NCBI GenBank assembly: GCA_964524005.1
Contig: CAZGBK010000003.1
Span: forward strand, 3,155-67,154
DNA from: an uncultured Enterobacteriaceae bacterium
GTDB taxonomy: Bacteria > Pseudomonadota > Gammaproteobacteria > Burkholderiales > UBA3065
Reading direction: 5' to 3'
Length of the DNA stretch: 64,000 nt
Shown here in pieces: positions 1 through 8,323 of the stretch. The position numbers were made by a program, and so were the translations under genes. The notes under the pieces were generated by a model that saw only the letters and a program-made list of their open reading frames with translations, was not told the DNA's origin and searched no databases. The stretch's first letter is position 1, and each line of letters begins with the position of its first letter.

Positions 1-345
1 ACGCCCTTCATGGGTTACGCCGGTGCCACTTACATCGTTCAGGAATTCTGCAACGCCCTGTTTGATGCCCTGTTCCACATCCTGCCCTTGGGCACCGATA
101 TGGACCGCGTCGAGCAGACGCTGGCCCGTGGTCAGGCGCTCGAGTCTATGGAATGGGAACCGGCAGCCTTGCAAGCTTTGGCTGACTGGGTGCAGCAACA
201 ACCGGTGCTTGTACAGATTTCCGCTGCCAAACGCCTGCGTGACCGCGCCGAGCGAGATGCCCGCGCGGCTGGCGAGTCCGCCGTCAATGCCGAGCGCATC
301 GTTGCCGCGCTGAAGAGCGGCGTTCGCGAAGGACTTGGCGCATGA
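1..345 (+). CDS. bchZ: Chlorophyllide a reductase subunit Z, C-terminal fragment (5' end lies outside window)
   Basis: Frame 1 is open from nt 1. The tail PFMGYAGATYIVQEFCNALFDALF...PVLVQISAAKRLRDRAE matches the NifK-like BchZ C-terminus. It lies directly upstream of the puf genes, as in other purple bacteria. Confidence 0.75.
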   Translation, partial: TPFMGYAGATYIVQEFCNALFDALFHILPLGTDMDRVEQTLARGQALESMEWEPAALQALADWVQQQPVLVQISAAKRLRDRAERDARAAGESAVNAERIVAALKSGVREGLGA

Positions 346-369
346 GCGCGCCCGCCACAACCCGACATT

Positions 370-447
370 GCGGGCCTGCTAGGCAGGTCCCGCTCCCGAT
401 GTTGTCACCCTTGTGGCAGCTGCCCCTTCCGCGCGGGCTGTGCGCGG
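370..447 (+). other. Two GC-rich stem-loops in the bchZ-pufB spacer (possible mRNA processing or stability elements)
   Basis: 370-393: 10-bp stem (gcgggcctgc / gcagg(t)cccgc) with one bulge and a 3-nt loop. 429-447: 6-bp stem ccgcgc/gcgcgg with a 7-nt loop. Neither is followed by a U-tract. Confidence 0.3.
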
Positions 448-486
448 TAACGGCCGTAAGGCCACTTAGTAATAAGGAGTGATCCG

Positions 487-633
487 ATGGCAGACAAAGG
501 CTCGATCTCTGGCCTGACTGACCAGGAAGCCCAGGAATTCCATCAGTTCTACATGCAGGGTCTGGTGGGCTTCACGGCAATCGCCGTGGTGGCACACATC
601 CTCGTGTGGGCCTGGCGCCCCTGGTTCCACTAA
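487..633 (+). CDS. pufB: Light-harvesting 1 (B870/B880) beta polypeptide, 48 aa
   Basis: Read by hand; it is below the ORF-track size cutoff. Product is [48 protein letters not shown]. It has the conserved His in the TM helix (AHILVW) and a WRPWF end. AAGGAG SD lies 8 nt upstream. Confidence 0.9.
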   Translation: MADKGSISGLTDQEAQEFHQFYMQGLVGFTAIAVVAHILVWAWRPWFH

Positions 634-657
634 GCAATTGTAAACAGGGGGAAAATC

Positions 658-882
658 ATGGCTGATACAGCGAATGAAGACCTGCAAAGCGTCATGAAGC
701 GTGATTCGATCACTTTTCGCGGCATTTTTGCGGTCAGCTTTCTGGTCCTGCTGATGGTTGCACTGGTCATGCAGGTCCTGCCCATGCAGTGGCGTACCTG
801 GTTCCCAGGTGCCGAGGGCGGTCACGCGTTGATCAGCGATGTCCGTTCCGCCGTTTACACCTTTATGTCTCACCTTACGTAG
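658..882 (+). CDS. Unassigned 74-aa single-TM protein encoded between pufB and pufA (beta-like but lacks the BChl-ligand His)
   Basis: The ORF fills the unusually long 261-nt pufB-pufA gap. GGGGGA SD (647-652) lies 5 nt before the ATG. There is one hydrophobic helix (IFAVSFLVLLMVALVMQVL) and a WRTWF motif that aligns with PufB WRPWF. Confidence 0.55.
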   Translation: MADTANEDLQSVMKRDSITFRGIFAVSFLVLLMVALVMQVLPMQWRTWFPGAEGGHALISDVRSAVYTFMSHLT

Positions 883-894
883 GAGTTTGGAACC

Positions 895-1086
895 ATGTGG
901 AGAATCTGGCGTTTGTTCGACCCGATCCGGGCGATGGTTGTCCAGGGCGTTTTTCTGTTCGGCCTGGCAGCGATGATTCATCTCATCCTGCTCAGCACCG
1001 ACCGCTTCAATTGGCTCGACGGCAAGAGCCAGGCCGAAGTGATTGGCGCATCGGCCATGCCGGCACCAGCGACCACCGAGTCCTAA
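895..1086 (+). CDS. pufA: Light-harvesting 1 alpha polypeptide, 63 aa
   Basis: [43 protein letters not shown] is the canonical LH1-alpha sequence pattern, with His in [17 protein letters not shown] lies upstream. Confidence 0.9.
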   Translation: MWRIWRLFDPIRAMVVQGVFLFGLAAMIHLILLSTDRFNWLDGKSQAEVIGASAMPAPATTES

Positions 1087-1108
1087 GGGACGGTCGCAAG
1101 TCGGTAAC

Positions 1109-1156
1109 GGATGGGCGGGGTATGGCAGGCAGTCTGCGCCGCATCCCGCCCCATCC
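1109..1156 (+). other. Long imperfect hairpin in the pufA-pufL intercistronic region
   Basis: GGATGGGCGGG (1109-1119) pairs with CCCGC(C)CCATCC (1145-1156), with one bulged C. The position matches the pufBA mRNA-stabilising hairpins known from Rhodobacter puf operons. Confidence 0.45.
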
Positions 1157-1217
1157 AAACAGGGATACGCAATACCACACGACTCGCTGGTCGCCGTAAG
1201 GCCCGGGGGAATGAAAA

Positions 1218-2042
1218 ATGGCAATGCTCAGTTTTGAAAAGAAATATCGAGTCCGCGGGGGCACTCTCGTTGGCGGCGATCTGTTCGATTTCTGGATCGG
1301 ACCGTTCTATGTCGGCTTCTTTGGGGTGACGACGATCTTCTTCGCCTTCCTCGGCACCGCGCTGATCCTCTGGGGAGCGTCGCAGGGCGATACCTGGAAC
1401 GTGTGGCAAATCAACATCGCACCGCCCAATCTCGAGTACGGATTGGGTTTGGCGCCGCTGATGAAAGGCGGCTTGTGGCAGGTCATCACGATCTGCGCGT
1501 TGGGAGCTTTCGGTTCGTGGGCCCTGCGCGAGGTCGAGATCAGTCGCAAACTTGGCATGGGGCTACACGTCCCGGTGGCCTTCAGTTTCGCGATCTTTGG
1601 CTATTTCACCCTGGTGGTGATCCGTCCGGTGCTGTTGGGCGCCTGGGGTCATGGATTCCCGTACGGCATCCTGAGTCACCTCGATTGGGTGTCCAACATC
1701 GGCTACCAGTATCTGCACTTTCACTACAACCCGGCCCACATGATCGCGGTGAGTTTGTTCTTCACCACGACGCTGGCACTGGCCTTGCACGGGGCATTGA
1801 TCTTGTCATCGACCAACCCGCAAAAAGGGGAGCCGGTCAAGGCGCCGGAGCACGAGGACACCTTCTTCCGTGACGCCATCGGCTACTCGATCGGCACGTT
1901 AGGTATCCACCGTCTGGGTCTTTTCCTGGCGCTTGGCGCGGTGTTCTTTAGCGCCGTGTGCATTGTCATCAGTGGCCCGTTCTGGACTCGCGGTTGGCCA
2001 GAGTGGTGGAACTGGTGGCTCAACATGCCGATCTGGTCCTGA
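1218..2042 (+). CDS. pufL: Photosynthetic reaction centre L subunit
   Basis: 274 aa. [36 protein letters not shown]..., five TM helices, conserved HxxxxxH regions. Follows pufA. Confidence 0.97.
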   Translation: MAMLSFEKKYRVRGGTLVGGDLFDFWIGPFYVGFFGVTTIFFAFLGTALILWGASQGDTWNVWQINIAPPNLEYGLGLAPLMKGGLWQVITICALGAFGSWALREVEISRKLGMGLHVPVAFSFAIFGYFTLVVIRPVLLGAWGHGFPYGILSHLDWVSNIGYQYLHFHYNPAHMIAVSLFFTTTLALALHGALILSSTNPQKGEPVKAPEHEDTFFRDAIGYSIGTLGIHRLGLFLALGAVFFSAVCIVISGPFWTRGWPEWWNWWLNMPIWS

Positions 2043-2060
2043 TCCCGGGGGAGACTAAAC

Positions 2061-3038
2061 ATGGCTGAATATCAGAATCTCTTCACCCAGGTGCAGGCCT
2101 CCGCGCCGACCTACCCGGGTGTTCCTCTGGCGCGTGACCGCGATACCGCAGAACGCATCGGGCGTCCGTTCCACAACAAGCTGGCTGGTTGGATCGGCAA
2201 CGCACAGATTGGTCCGATCTACCTCGGTTTCCTCGGAGTCGCTGCCGCCTTCTGTTTTGTCGTGGCCTTCACCATCGTCGGTTTCAACATGCTGGTGTCG
2301 GTTGACTACAACCCGATCCAGTTCATCCGTCAGCTGTTCTGGCTGGCACTAGAGCCACCGAATCCCGAATATGGTCTGCGTCTGGCACCCATGAATGAGG
2401 GTGGTTGGTGGAACATCGCAGGCCTGTTCCTGACCCTGTCGATTCTGCTTTGGTGGGTGCGTATGTACCGCCGTGCAGTGGCGCTGGGGATGGGTACGCA
2501 CGTGCCGTGGGCCTTCGCTGCGGCAATCTGGCTATACCTGGTGCTCGGTCTGATCCGGCCGGTTTTGATGGGGAGCTGGTCAGAGGCTCCGCCGTTCGGC
2601 ATCTTCCCGCACCTGGACTGGACGGCTGCTTTCTCGATCCGTTACGGCAATCTGTTCTACAACCCGTTCCACATGTTATCGATCGCTTTCCTGTACGGCT
2701 CAGCACTGCTCTTTGCAATGCACGGAGCGACCATCTTGGCGGTCAGCCGATTCGGCGGCGAGCGTGAGATCGAGCAGATCGTCGATCGCGGCACGGCCTC
2801 AGAGCGTGCAGCCCTTTTCTGGCGCTGGACCATGGGCTTCAATGCCACCATGGAATCTGTCCACCGCTGGGCGTGGTGGTTTGCCGTCCTGACCTGCGTG
2901 ACCGGCGGTATCGGCATCCTATTGACGGGTACTGTTGTCGACAACTGGTATCTGTGGGCAGTCAAGCACGGGGTTGCACCTGCCTATCCCGACGTTTGGG
3001 ATCCGGCACTGGTGGCCGACCCAGCGCTGGCCAACTGA
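2061..3038 (+). CDS. pufM: Photosynthetic reaction centre M subunit
   Basis: 325 aa. [12 protein letters not shown]...GPIYLGFLG...[53 protein letters not shown] lies upstream. Confidence 0.97.
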   Translation: MAEYQNLFTQVQASAPTYPGVPLARDRDTAERIGRPFHNKLAGWIGNAQIGPIYLGFLGVAAAFCFVVAFTIVGFNMLVSVDYNPIQFIRQLFWLALEPPNPEYGLRLAPMNEGGWWNIAGLFLTLSILLWWVRMYRRAVALGMGTHVPWAFAAAIWLYLVLGLIRPVLMGSWSEAPPFGIFPHLDWTAAFSIRYGNLFYNPFHMLSIAFLYGSALLFAMHGATILAVSRFGGEREIEQIVDRGTASERAALFWRWTMGFNATMESVHRWAWWFAVLTCVTGGIGILLTGTVVDNWYLWAVKHGVAPAYPDVWDPALVADPALAN

Positions 3039-3049
3039 GGGGATCGAAG

Positions 3050-4111
3050 ATGATGAGTCAAAACAAGATCGCGACCACTCTTGGTCTGTTGGCGACGCTG
3101 CTTCTAGCGGGTTGCGAGCGGCCTCCCGTAGAGATGGTGCAGACCGGGTTCCGGGGGACTGGCATGGCGCAGGTTTATAACCCGCGCACCTTGTCAACCA
3201 TGGCGGAACTGAACCGGGTGCCAGAGCCGTTGGCGCCGGCCGAATCGAGCGGACCACGTGCGAAGGACATCTACCAGAATGTCCAAGTGCTGGGTGATCT
3301 ATCGGTGCAGGAATTCACCCGGCACATGCTGGCAATCACCCAATGGGTGGCGCCCAAGGACGGTTGTACCTACTGCCACAACCCAGCGAATCTGGCCGAT
3401 GACAGCAAGTACACAAAGGTGGTGGCGCGTCGCATGATCCAGATGACGCAACACATCAACAGCGAGTGGGAAACCCACGTTGCCGATACTGGGGTGACGT
3501 GCTACACCTGCCACCGCGGTAATCCCCAGCCGCAAGACCAGAACGGCAAGCAAGCGTACTGGTATAGCGCGGCCACGCCAAAGCGTGACACCGCGGGTAT
3601 GCTTGGCTGGCGCAATGGCCAAAATGAAGCTGCATATTCGGTGGCGATGGCCTCTTTGCCGAAAGACCCATTCACACCGTTCCTACTGCGCGACGAGAAT
3701 ATCCGAGTGCAGAGCGGTGCGGCGCTGCCGCAGGGGGATAATGCGCAGACTACCAAGAGCGCCGAATGGACGTATGGGCTGATGAACCATATGTCGAAAT
3801 CGCTCGGGGTGAGCTGTACGTACTGCCATAACAGTCGCGCGTTCGCTTCTTGGGAAGAAAGTTCGCCGCAACGGGTCAAGGCATGGCACGGCATCCGTAT
3901 GGTCCGGGACCTGAACAACCAGTTCTTGGAGCCGCTCGGCCCAGTGTATGACGCTGATGACCTTGGCCCCACTGGGGACGCACCGAAAGCTTTCTGCGCG
4001 ACCTGCCACAAAGGGGCATACAAGCCCCTATATGGACAAAGCCAGCTGAAGGACTATCCGGAGCTGAAGGCGCCTTTGGGCTCTGCCAAGACAGCTGCCG
4101 CAGGCGACTAG
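3050..4111 (+). CDS. pufC: Reaction-centre-bound tetrahaem cytochrome c subunit (lipoprotein-type N-terminus)
   Basis: Internal ATG of ORF 2873-4111 gives MMSQNKIATTLGLLATLLLAGC (lipobox LLAGC). Four CXXCH motifs (CTYCH, CYTCH, CTYCH, CATCH). Follows pufM. Confidence 0.9.
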   Translation: MMSQNKIATTLGLLATLLLAGCERPPVEMVQTGFRGTGMAQVYNPRTLSTMAELNRVPEPLAPAESSGPRAKDIYQNVQVLGDLSVQEFTRHMLAITQWVAPKDGCTYCHNPANLADDSKYTKVVARRMIQMTQHINSEWETHVADTGVTCYTCHRGNPQPQDQNGKQAYWYSAATPKRDTAGMLGWRNGQNEAAYSVAMASLPKDPFTPFLLRDENIRVQSGAALPQGDNAQTTKSAEWTYGLMNHMSKSLGVSCTYCHNSRAFASWEESSPQRVKAWHGIRMVRDLNNQFLEPLGPVYDADDLGPTGDAPKAFCATCHKGAYKPLYGQSQLKDYPELKAPLGSAKTAAAGD

Positions 4112-4146
4112 CCGGGGCACCGCCCGGGTCGACCGGGCTGACTGTG

Positions 4147-4178
4147 AAACAAGGGCGTCCATGGGCGCCCTTGTTTTT
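4147..4178. terminator. Rho-independent terminator between convergent pufC and tspO
   Basis: 11-bp stem aaacaagggcg (4147-4157) / cgcccttgttt (4166-4176), an 8-nt loop, then a T-run on the plus strand. Confidence 0.7.
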
Positions 4179-4222
4179 CCAGCGCCACGGCAGTTGCGCC
4201 CGGTAGGCTTGGGGGCGCGATG

Positions 4223-4702
4223 TCAGCGGCCGAAGGGGCCGTTTAAGATGACGACTTCGAGATTGATCAGGCTGGCCAGGGAGACCCACCCCAGATAGGG
4301 CAGCAGCAACAGTGCAGCTTGGTATTGAAACCGGCTGGCCACATAAACGAGTAACGCAACCGAGGCCCATAGTACTCCGACCTCGAGCAGTGCCCAGTCT
4401 GGCCGCTGCAGCCAGAAGAACAGCGCACTCCAGAGGACATTCAGGCTGGCATTGAGGACGAACAGGCTGAGTATCCAGCGTTGTAGACGCGGCTCTCGCG
4501 CTGCGCGCCAACACAAGACCCCAGCAACGGCTGTCAGCGTGAAGATCAGCGTCCAGGCCGGTCCAAACGCCCAGTCGGGCGGTTTGAACCAGGGTTGCTG
4601 CAGTTCAAAGTACCAATCATCGAGACGCGTCAGTGCCCCGCCGACTGCGGCAGTGGCAAGCGCGATTCCAGCAGCGGCAAGACTCTGGCGACGTAGTGAC
4701 AC
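4223..4702 (-). CDS. tspO: TspO/MBR family tryptophan-rich sensory protein
   Basis: 159 aa, five TM helices. WYFELQQPWFKPPDWAFGPAWTLIF and LNVLWSALFF are typical TspO motifs. It lies within a photosynthesis cluster. Confidence 0.85.
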   Translation of the reverse strand: MSLRRQSLAAAGIALATAAVGGALTRLDDWYFELQQPWFKPPDWAFGPAWTLIFTLTAVAGVLCWRAAREPRLQRWILSLFVLNASLNVLWSALFFWLQRPDWALLEVGVLWASVALLVYVASRFQYQAALLLLPYLGWVSLASLINLEVVILNGPFGR

Positions 4703-4717
4703 TCGATCGAAACGTAA

Positions 4718-5911
4718 CTAGACCTTCGCCAACCCTAGCAGATGTGCCATGTCTTTCAAAAAGATGCGTACGTGAGCCATCGGGTCGCGGCGCACGAGTT
4801 CTTTATTCATGTAGGAATCAAAGGTCAGCTTTTGAACATCTCGGTCCTTGCAGATGCTCACAAAGCGTTCGCGCCGGCGGTCGTTTGAATACCAGAAGTA
4901 CTGCATCATCCCGAGGATCCAGAACACGCGGCCATGTGCTTTCATGAAGCGTTTGCGGGCTCCGGCCAAGGCCCGAGCACGGCCAGTTTCTAGAAATTCC
5001 CCGGCAGCCTCGGCCGCCAGACGACCGCCCAACATGGCGTAGTAGATGCCTTCGCCCGAAGCCGGGGCAACGACCCCCGCGGCGTCGCCGGCGAGCACCA
5101 CGTCGCGCCCGTTGTCCCAGCGCGGAAGCGGTTTCATCGGAATCGGAGCACCTTCGTGGCGGATCAGTTCAAAATTCTCCATGCCCGCCGCCGCACGCAA
5201 GCGACTGGTCGCCTTGCGCAAGGAGAAGCCGCGCTCTGCGCTACCAGTGCCGACACTGAGCGTATCGCCATGCGGGAACACCCAGCCATAAAAGTCGGGC
5301 GACAATGTGCCGCGGTAGTAGACGTCGCAGCGTGAGCCGTCGTAGTCGGCTTCAGTGTGTTCGGGCTTCTTCAAAATCTCGTGGTAAGCGAACACGTAGC
5401 GGGTTTTTTCCGCCCCCGGGACCTCTTGGGCTGCGACCTGGCTACGGGCCCCGTCGGCACCGACGATGCAACGGGCGCGCGCCGAAAGCTCGGTGTCGTC
5501 ACCTTCATGTGTCGTGTAGTGCACGCGCGCGATTCCGTCAGGATCGCGGCTGATGTGGCGAAACACCCCGGTTCGCCGTTCCGCACCATGGCTGGCTGCG
5601 CGTTGACGCAACCATTCATCGAAATGCTCGCGATCGACCATGCCGACGAAGCCACCTTCAATGTGGATGTCCACTTTTTCGTCGGCCGGGGAGATCATGC
5701 GGGCGCAGCGCGCCTTCGCCACCAGCAGTTCGTCTGGAATTTCGAAGTCACGAATGGCGCGCGGTGGAATGGCGCCACCACAAGGCTTGATACGTCCCGC
5801 GCGGTCGAGCAAGAGGACTTTCAGACCCCGGCGTGCGAGATCATCGGCTGCCGTCGATCCGGCGGGGCCGCCGCCTACAACAAGCACATCGAACGTGTCA
5901 GGCTGGCTCAT
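4718..5911 (-). CDS. bchP: Geranylgeranyl diphosphate / geranylgeranyl-bacteriochlorophyllide reductase
   Basis: 397 aa. N-terminal FAD fold FDVLVVGGGPAGSTAA, followed by RIKPCGGAIP, typical of BchP/ChlP. Confidence 0.9.
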   Translation of the reverse strand: MSQPDTFDVLVVGGGPAGSTAADDLARRGLKVLLLDRAGRIKPCGGAIPPRAIRDFEIPDELLVAKARCARMISPADEKVDIHIEGGFVGMVDREHFDEWLRQRAASHGAERRTGVFRHISRDPDGIARVHYTTHEGDDTELSARARCIVGADGARSQVAAQEVPGAEKTRYVFAYHEILKKPEHTEADYDGSRCDVYYRGTLSPDFYGWVFPHGDTLSVGTGSAERGFSLRKATSRLRAAAGMENFELIRHEGAPIPMKPLPRWDNGRDVVLAGDAAGVVAPASGEGIYYAMLGGRLAAEAAGEFLETGRARALAGARKRFMKAHGRVFWILGMMQYFWYSNDRRRERFVSICKDRDVQKLTFDSYMNKELVRRDPMAHVRIFLKDMAHLLGLAKV

Positions 5912-7274
5912 GGCAGTCTCTCCCTGTCCACCCGTCTTGCGGGCGTTGGTCCGACGCAGCTGCGTCGGTGGTGTCGATGTCGCGCGCCAGACGTGCGGCG
6001 ACGAGGAACAACAAGCCTTCAGCGAAGAACACCGCGGCGTAGGCCAGGCCGGGTTCGCCGATCAGGCTGCGGGTGATGTCGCTGGCGGCAGCGCCCGCGA
6101 GTCCGCCGATGCCGAAGGCGATCGCCTGCGAGGCACCCCACAGTCCAATGCGCACACCCTCGCGACCCCGGTTTCCGCGGCTCGCAAGTTGCATCATCGA
6201 GGCGATGGCGGCGATCGAGAACGCCCCGTTGGCAGCGCCCAGCAAAAACACATTTATCCGCAGGGGCCAAGCGCCATCCAGCGTACCGGCGGCGACCAGT
6301 CCGAACAGGGCGACAGCTGAAGCAAGGCAGCCCCCTACAGTCCAGCTGCGTAGTTGCGAACGGCCATCGCGGCCACGGCGACTGGCGGCCAAGGCAGCGA
6401 GCACCATGCCAGCCAGCACACCGCCATGCTGGATGCCGGAAAGTTTCGTGGATTCGCCGGGGCTGTAGCCAAAGACGATGCCAGCAAACGGTTCGAGGAT
6501 CAGGTCTTGTGCCGAGAACGCCAGCATCGAGACAAAGATGAACACGGTGAAGCGGCGGGCGGCGGCTTCGTGCCAGACCATCCGTAGTGCTTGCATGAAC
6601 GGGACCTTGGCTTCCTGGGGCGGGACTCGGCCGGCGTTTTCGAGCCTGAGCAGCGCGAGCAAAGTCACGATCACTGCAACCATCGAAACGCCACCCGCCA
6701 CCTCGACCAAGCGTTCGGGAGAGTAGGGGTCGAGCAGGCTGCCAGCGACACCAGCGGTCACGGCAAAGCCGGCAATCATCATGATCCAGACGATGGTCGC
6801 TGCGGCCGCGCGGCGAGACTCGGCGACCGACTTGGCGAGCAGGACCAGCAGATTGGTCCCGGCCGCCGACACGCCAACACCGATCAAGAAAAATCCGAGC
6901 ACCGCTAGCGCCATGCCGGCGGCCTGCGCCGTGTCCATCCAGGCGGTGGCCAGTGCGGCGACCGTGCCGCCGCTAGCGAGTATGAGCATGCCTCCCACGA
7001 TCCATGGAGTTCGCCGGCCACTCTGGTCTGAGCCAAAGCCCATCCTTGGTCGCAGGATCTGCAATGCGTAATGCATGCCGACCAAGAGCCCTGGCAACAG
7101 CGCTGGCAGGGCGAGTTCGACGACCATCACTCGGTTCAATGTCGATGTGGTGAGCACCACCACAGCGCCGATTGCCGACTGCACCAAGCCCAAGCGGATG
7201 ATGCCCAACCAGCCAAGCCCCGCTGTACACTCGTCGTCGCCAGGAGCCGGCTTTGTGTTGGCTGCAGTGCTCAT
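5898..7274 (-). CDS. PucC/LhaA-family MFS protein (bchG-bchP intervening gene)
   Basis: Trimmed to the ATG at 7274, which forms an ATGA overlap with the bchG stop. 458 aa, about 12 TM. LGIIRLGLVQSAIGAVVVLTTSTLNRVMVVEL is the PucC-family N-terminal signature. Confidence 0.8.
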   Translation of the reverse strand: MSTAANTKPAPGDDECTAGLGWLGIIRLGLVQSAIGAVVVLTTSTLNRVMVVELALPALLPGLLVGMHYALQILRPRMGFGSDQSGRRTPWIVGGMLILASGGTVAALATAWMDTAQAAGMALAVLGFFLIGVGVSAAGTNLLVLLAKSVAESRRAAAATIVWIMMIAGFAVTAGVAGSLLDPYSPERLVEVAGGVSMVAVIVTLLALLRLENAGRVPPQEAKVPFMQALRMVWHEAAARRFTVFIFVSMLAFSAQDLILEPFAGIVFGYSPGESTKLSGIQHGGVLAGMVLAALAASRRGRDGRSQLRSWTVGGCLASAVALFGLVAAGTLDGAWPLRINVFLLGAANGAFSIAAIASMMQLASRGNRGREGVRIGLWGASQAIAFGIGGLAGAAASDITRSLIGEPGLAYAAVFFAEGLLFLVAARLARDIDTTDAAASDQRPQDGWTGRDCHEPA

Positions 7275-8179
7275 GCCGCTGCTCCACCCACGCTGCGCAG
7301 GGCCCACGCGGCGACCATCATCCCACTGACCAGTATCGGGACCCCGAAGCCACTGTAGAACAGCGCGCGTTCGACGGGGGCGGCGATGAACCAGCGCATC
7401 ATTGGCCACTGCACCACCAGCAGGGCGATGATGCCCAGCGCGTGCCAGGGGGCCTGCCAGTCCCACAGCAGCCAACCGACCACGAGTTGCGGAAGTGCCA
7501 TGGTCCAGCAGGCCACGCGTGCGGCGCCGCTGGTGCCAAGCTGCACCGGCAGCGAGGCGACGCCCATGCGTGCGTCGCCCTTGATCGACTTGAAGTCGTT
7601 GAGGGTCATGATGCCGTGGGCGGCAATGCTGTAAAGCAGCGCGAGTAGCAGCGAGCGGCCATCGGGCAGCAGACCTCCTGCCATCACAGCGGCACCGGTC
7701 ATCCAAGCCAAGCCTTCGTAGCTCAAGCCGCAGGCGGCATTACCCCACCAGCCGTTGCGCTTCAGGCGCAGTGGTGGCGCACTGTAGGCCCAGGCTAGCG
7801 CCAAGCCCGCGCAGGCAGCAAGAAATCCCCAAATGCCAAGGGCGGTGGCCACCACCAGCGAAAGCACCGTCCACACCACCGCGACATACAAGCCCCAACT
7901 CCCGGGCATGCGGCCAGAGGGGATCGGGCGCTGGGGTTCGTTGATAGCGTCGACGTGCCGGTCGAACCAGTCATTGACCGCCTGGCTGGTCGCGCAGACC
8001 AAGGGGCCGGCCAGCAGGATGCCGGTAGCGATCAGCGGCCAGTTCGGCGCGAACGGTTGCCCCGAGGCGACCACCCCGCAGGCAAAAGCCCACATTGGCG
8101 GGAACCAGGTGACCGGCTTCAGCAGTTCTGCGACCGCTGATGGCGCCGGCAGCGGCGTAAGTCGCAGCGAACGTGACAT
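7271..8179 (-). CDS. bchG: Bacteriochlorophyll synthase (UbiA-family prenyltransferase)
   Basis: MSRSLRLTPLPAPSAVAELLKPVTWFPPMWAFACG...NDWFDRHVDAINEPQRPIPSG is the UbiA-type Asp-rich motif. ATG at 8179 chosen over TTG at 8221. Confidence 0.85.
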   Translation of the reverse strand: MSRSLRLTPLPAPSAVAELLKPVTWFPPMWAFACGVVASGQPFAPNWPLIATGILLAGPLVCATSQAVNDWFDRHVDAINEPQRPIPSGRMPGSWGLYVAVVWTVLSLVVATALGIWGFLAACAGLALAWAYSAPPLRLKRNGWWGNAACGLSYEGLAWMTGAAVMAGGLLPDGRSLLLALLYSIAAHGIMTLNDFKSIKGDARMGVASLPVQLGTSGAARVACWTMALPQLVVGWLLWDWQAPWHALGIIALLVVQWPMMRWFIAAPVERALFYSGFGVPILVSGMMVAAWALRSVGGAAA

Positions 8180-8195
8180 GGAGCCATTCTCACAC

Positions 8196-8215
8196 TTGAC
8201 ATTTTCTAGCGTCAA
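8196..8215. promoter_or_regulatory. Inverted repeat TTGAC-N10-GTCAA in the bchG/crtI divergent promoter region
   Basis: Perfect 5-nt arms seen directly. The sequence GTCAATCG is shared with the ppaA/bchF intergenic region (16621-16628). Confidence 0.25.
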
Positions 8216-8234
8216 TCGCAATTTACACTTGCTG

Positions 8235-8252
8235 TGTGGAGCTGCGCATACA
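8235..8252. promoter_or_regulatory. Candidate PpsR/CrtJ operator (TGT-N12-ACA)
   Basis: TGTGGAGCTGCGCATACA is an exact match to the TGT-N12-ACA consensus. It lies 72 nt upstream of the crtI ATG, and ppsR is present in the window. Confidence 0.45.
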
Positions 8253-8323
8253 GGTCGCGCGGAGCCGCCGCCGGTCAGCGCTCTGCTCTGCCAACGCTAC
8301 GCACGCCACGGAAGGGGAAATAC

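Noticed and set aside
658-882. Assigning orf74 as pufX, a second pufA or a pufB duplicate.
   Set aside because: It has no similarity to the LH1 alpha signature. Its position (between B and A, not after pufM) differs from pufX. It lacks the ligand His, so it is not a functional beta duplicate. It is left unassigned and reported as a finding.
2873-3049. Long N-terminal extensions offered by the ORF track. Affected genes: pufC 2873, crtI 8234, crtB 9508, bchB 18465, acsF 28930, puhE 30398, dxs 31153, OYE 40080, pucC-like 7706 and OMP 53939.
   Set aside because: The extensions overlap upstream genes, lack family-like sequence, and ignore internal starts that have SD sequences or ATGA/GTGA coupling and canonical N-termini. 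Coordinates were trimmed accordingly.
5357-6320. Plus-strand ORFs of 239 aa and 226 aa.
   Set aside because: They are antisense to bchP and the PucC-family gene, and their translations are Arg/Ala/Ser-rich nonsense.
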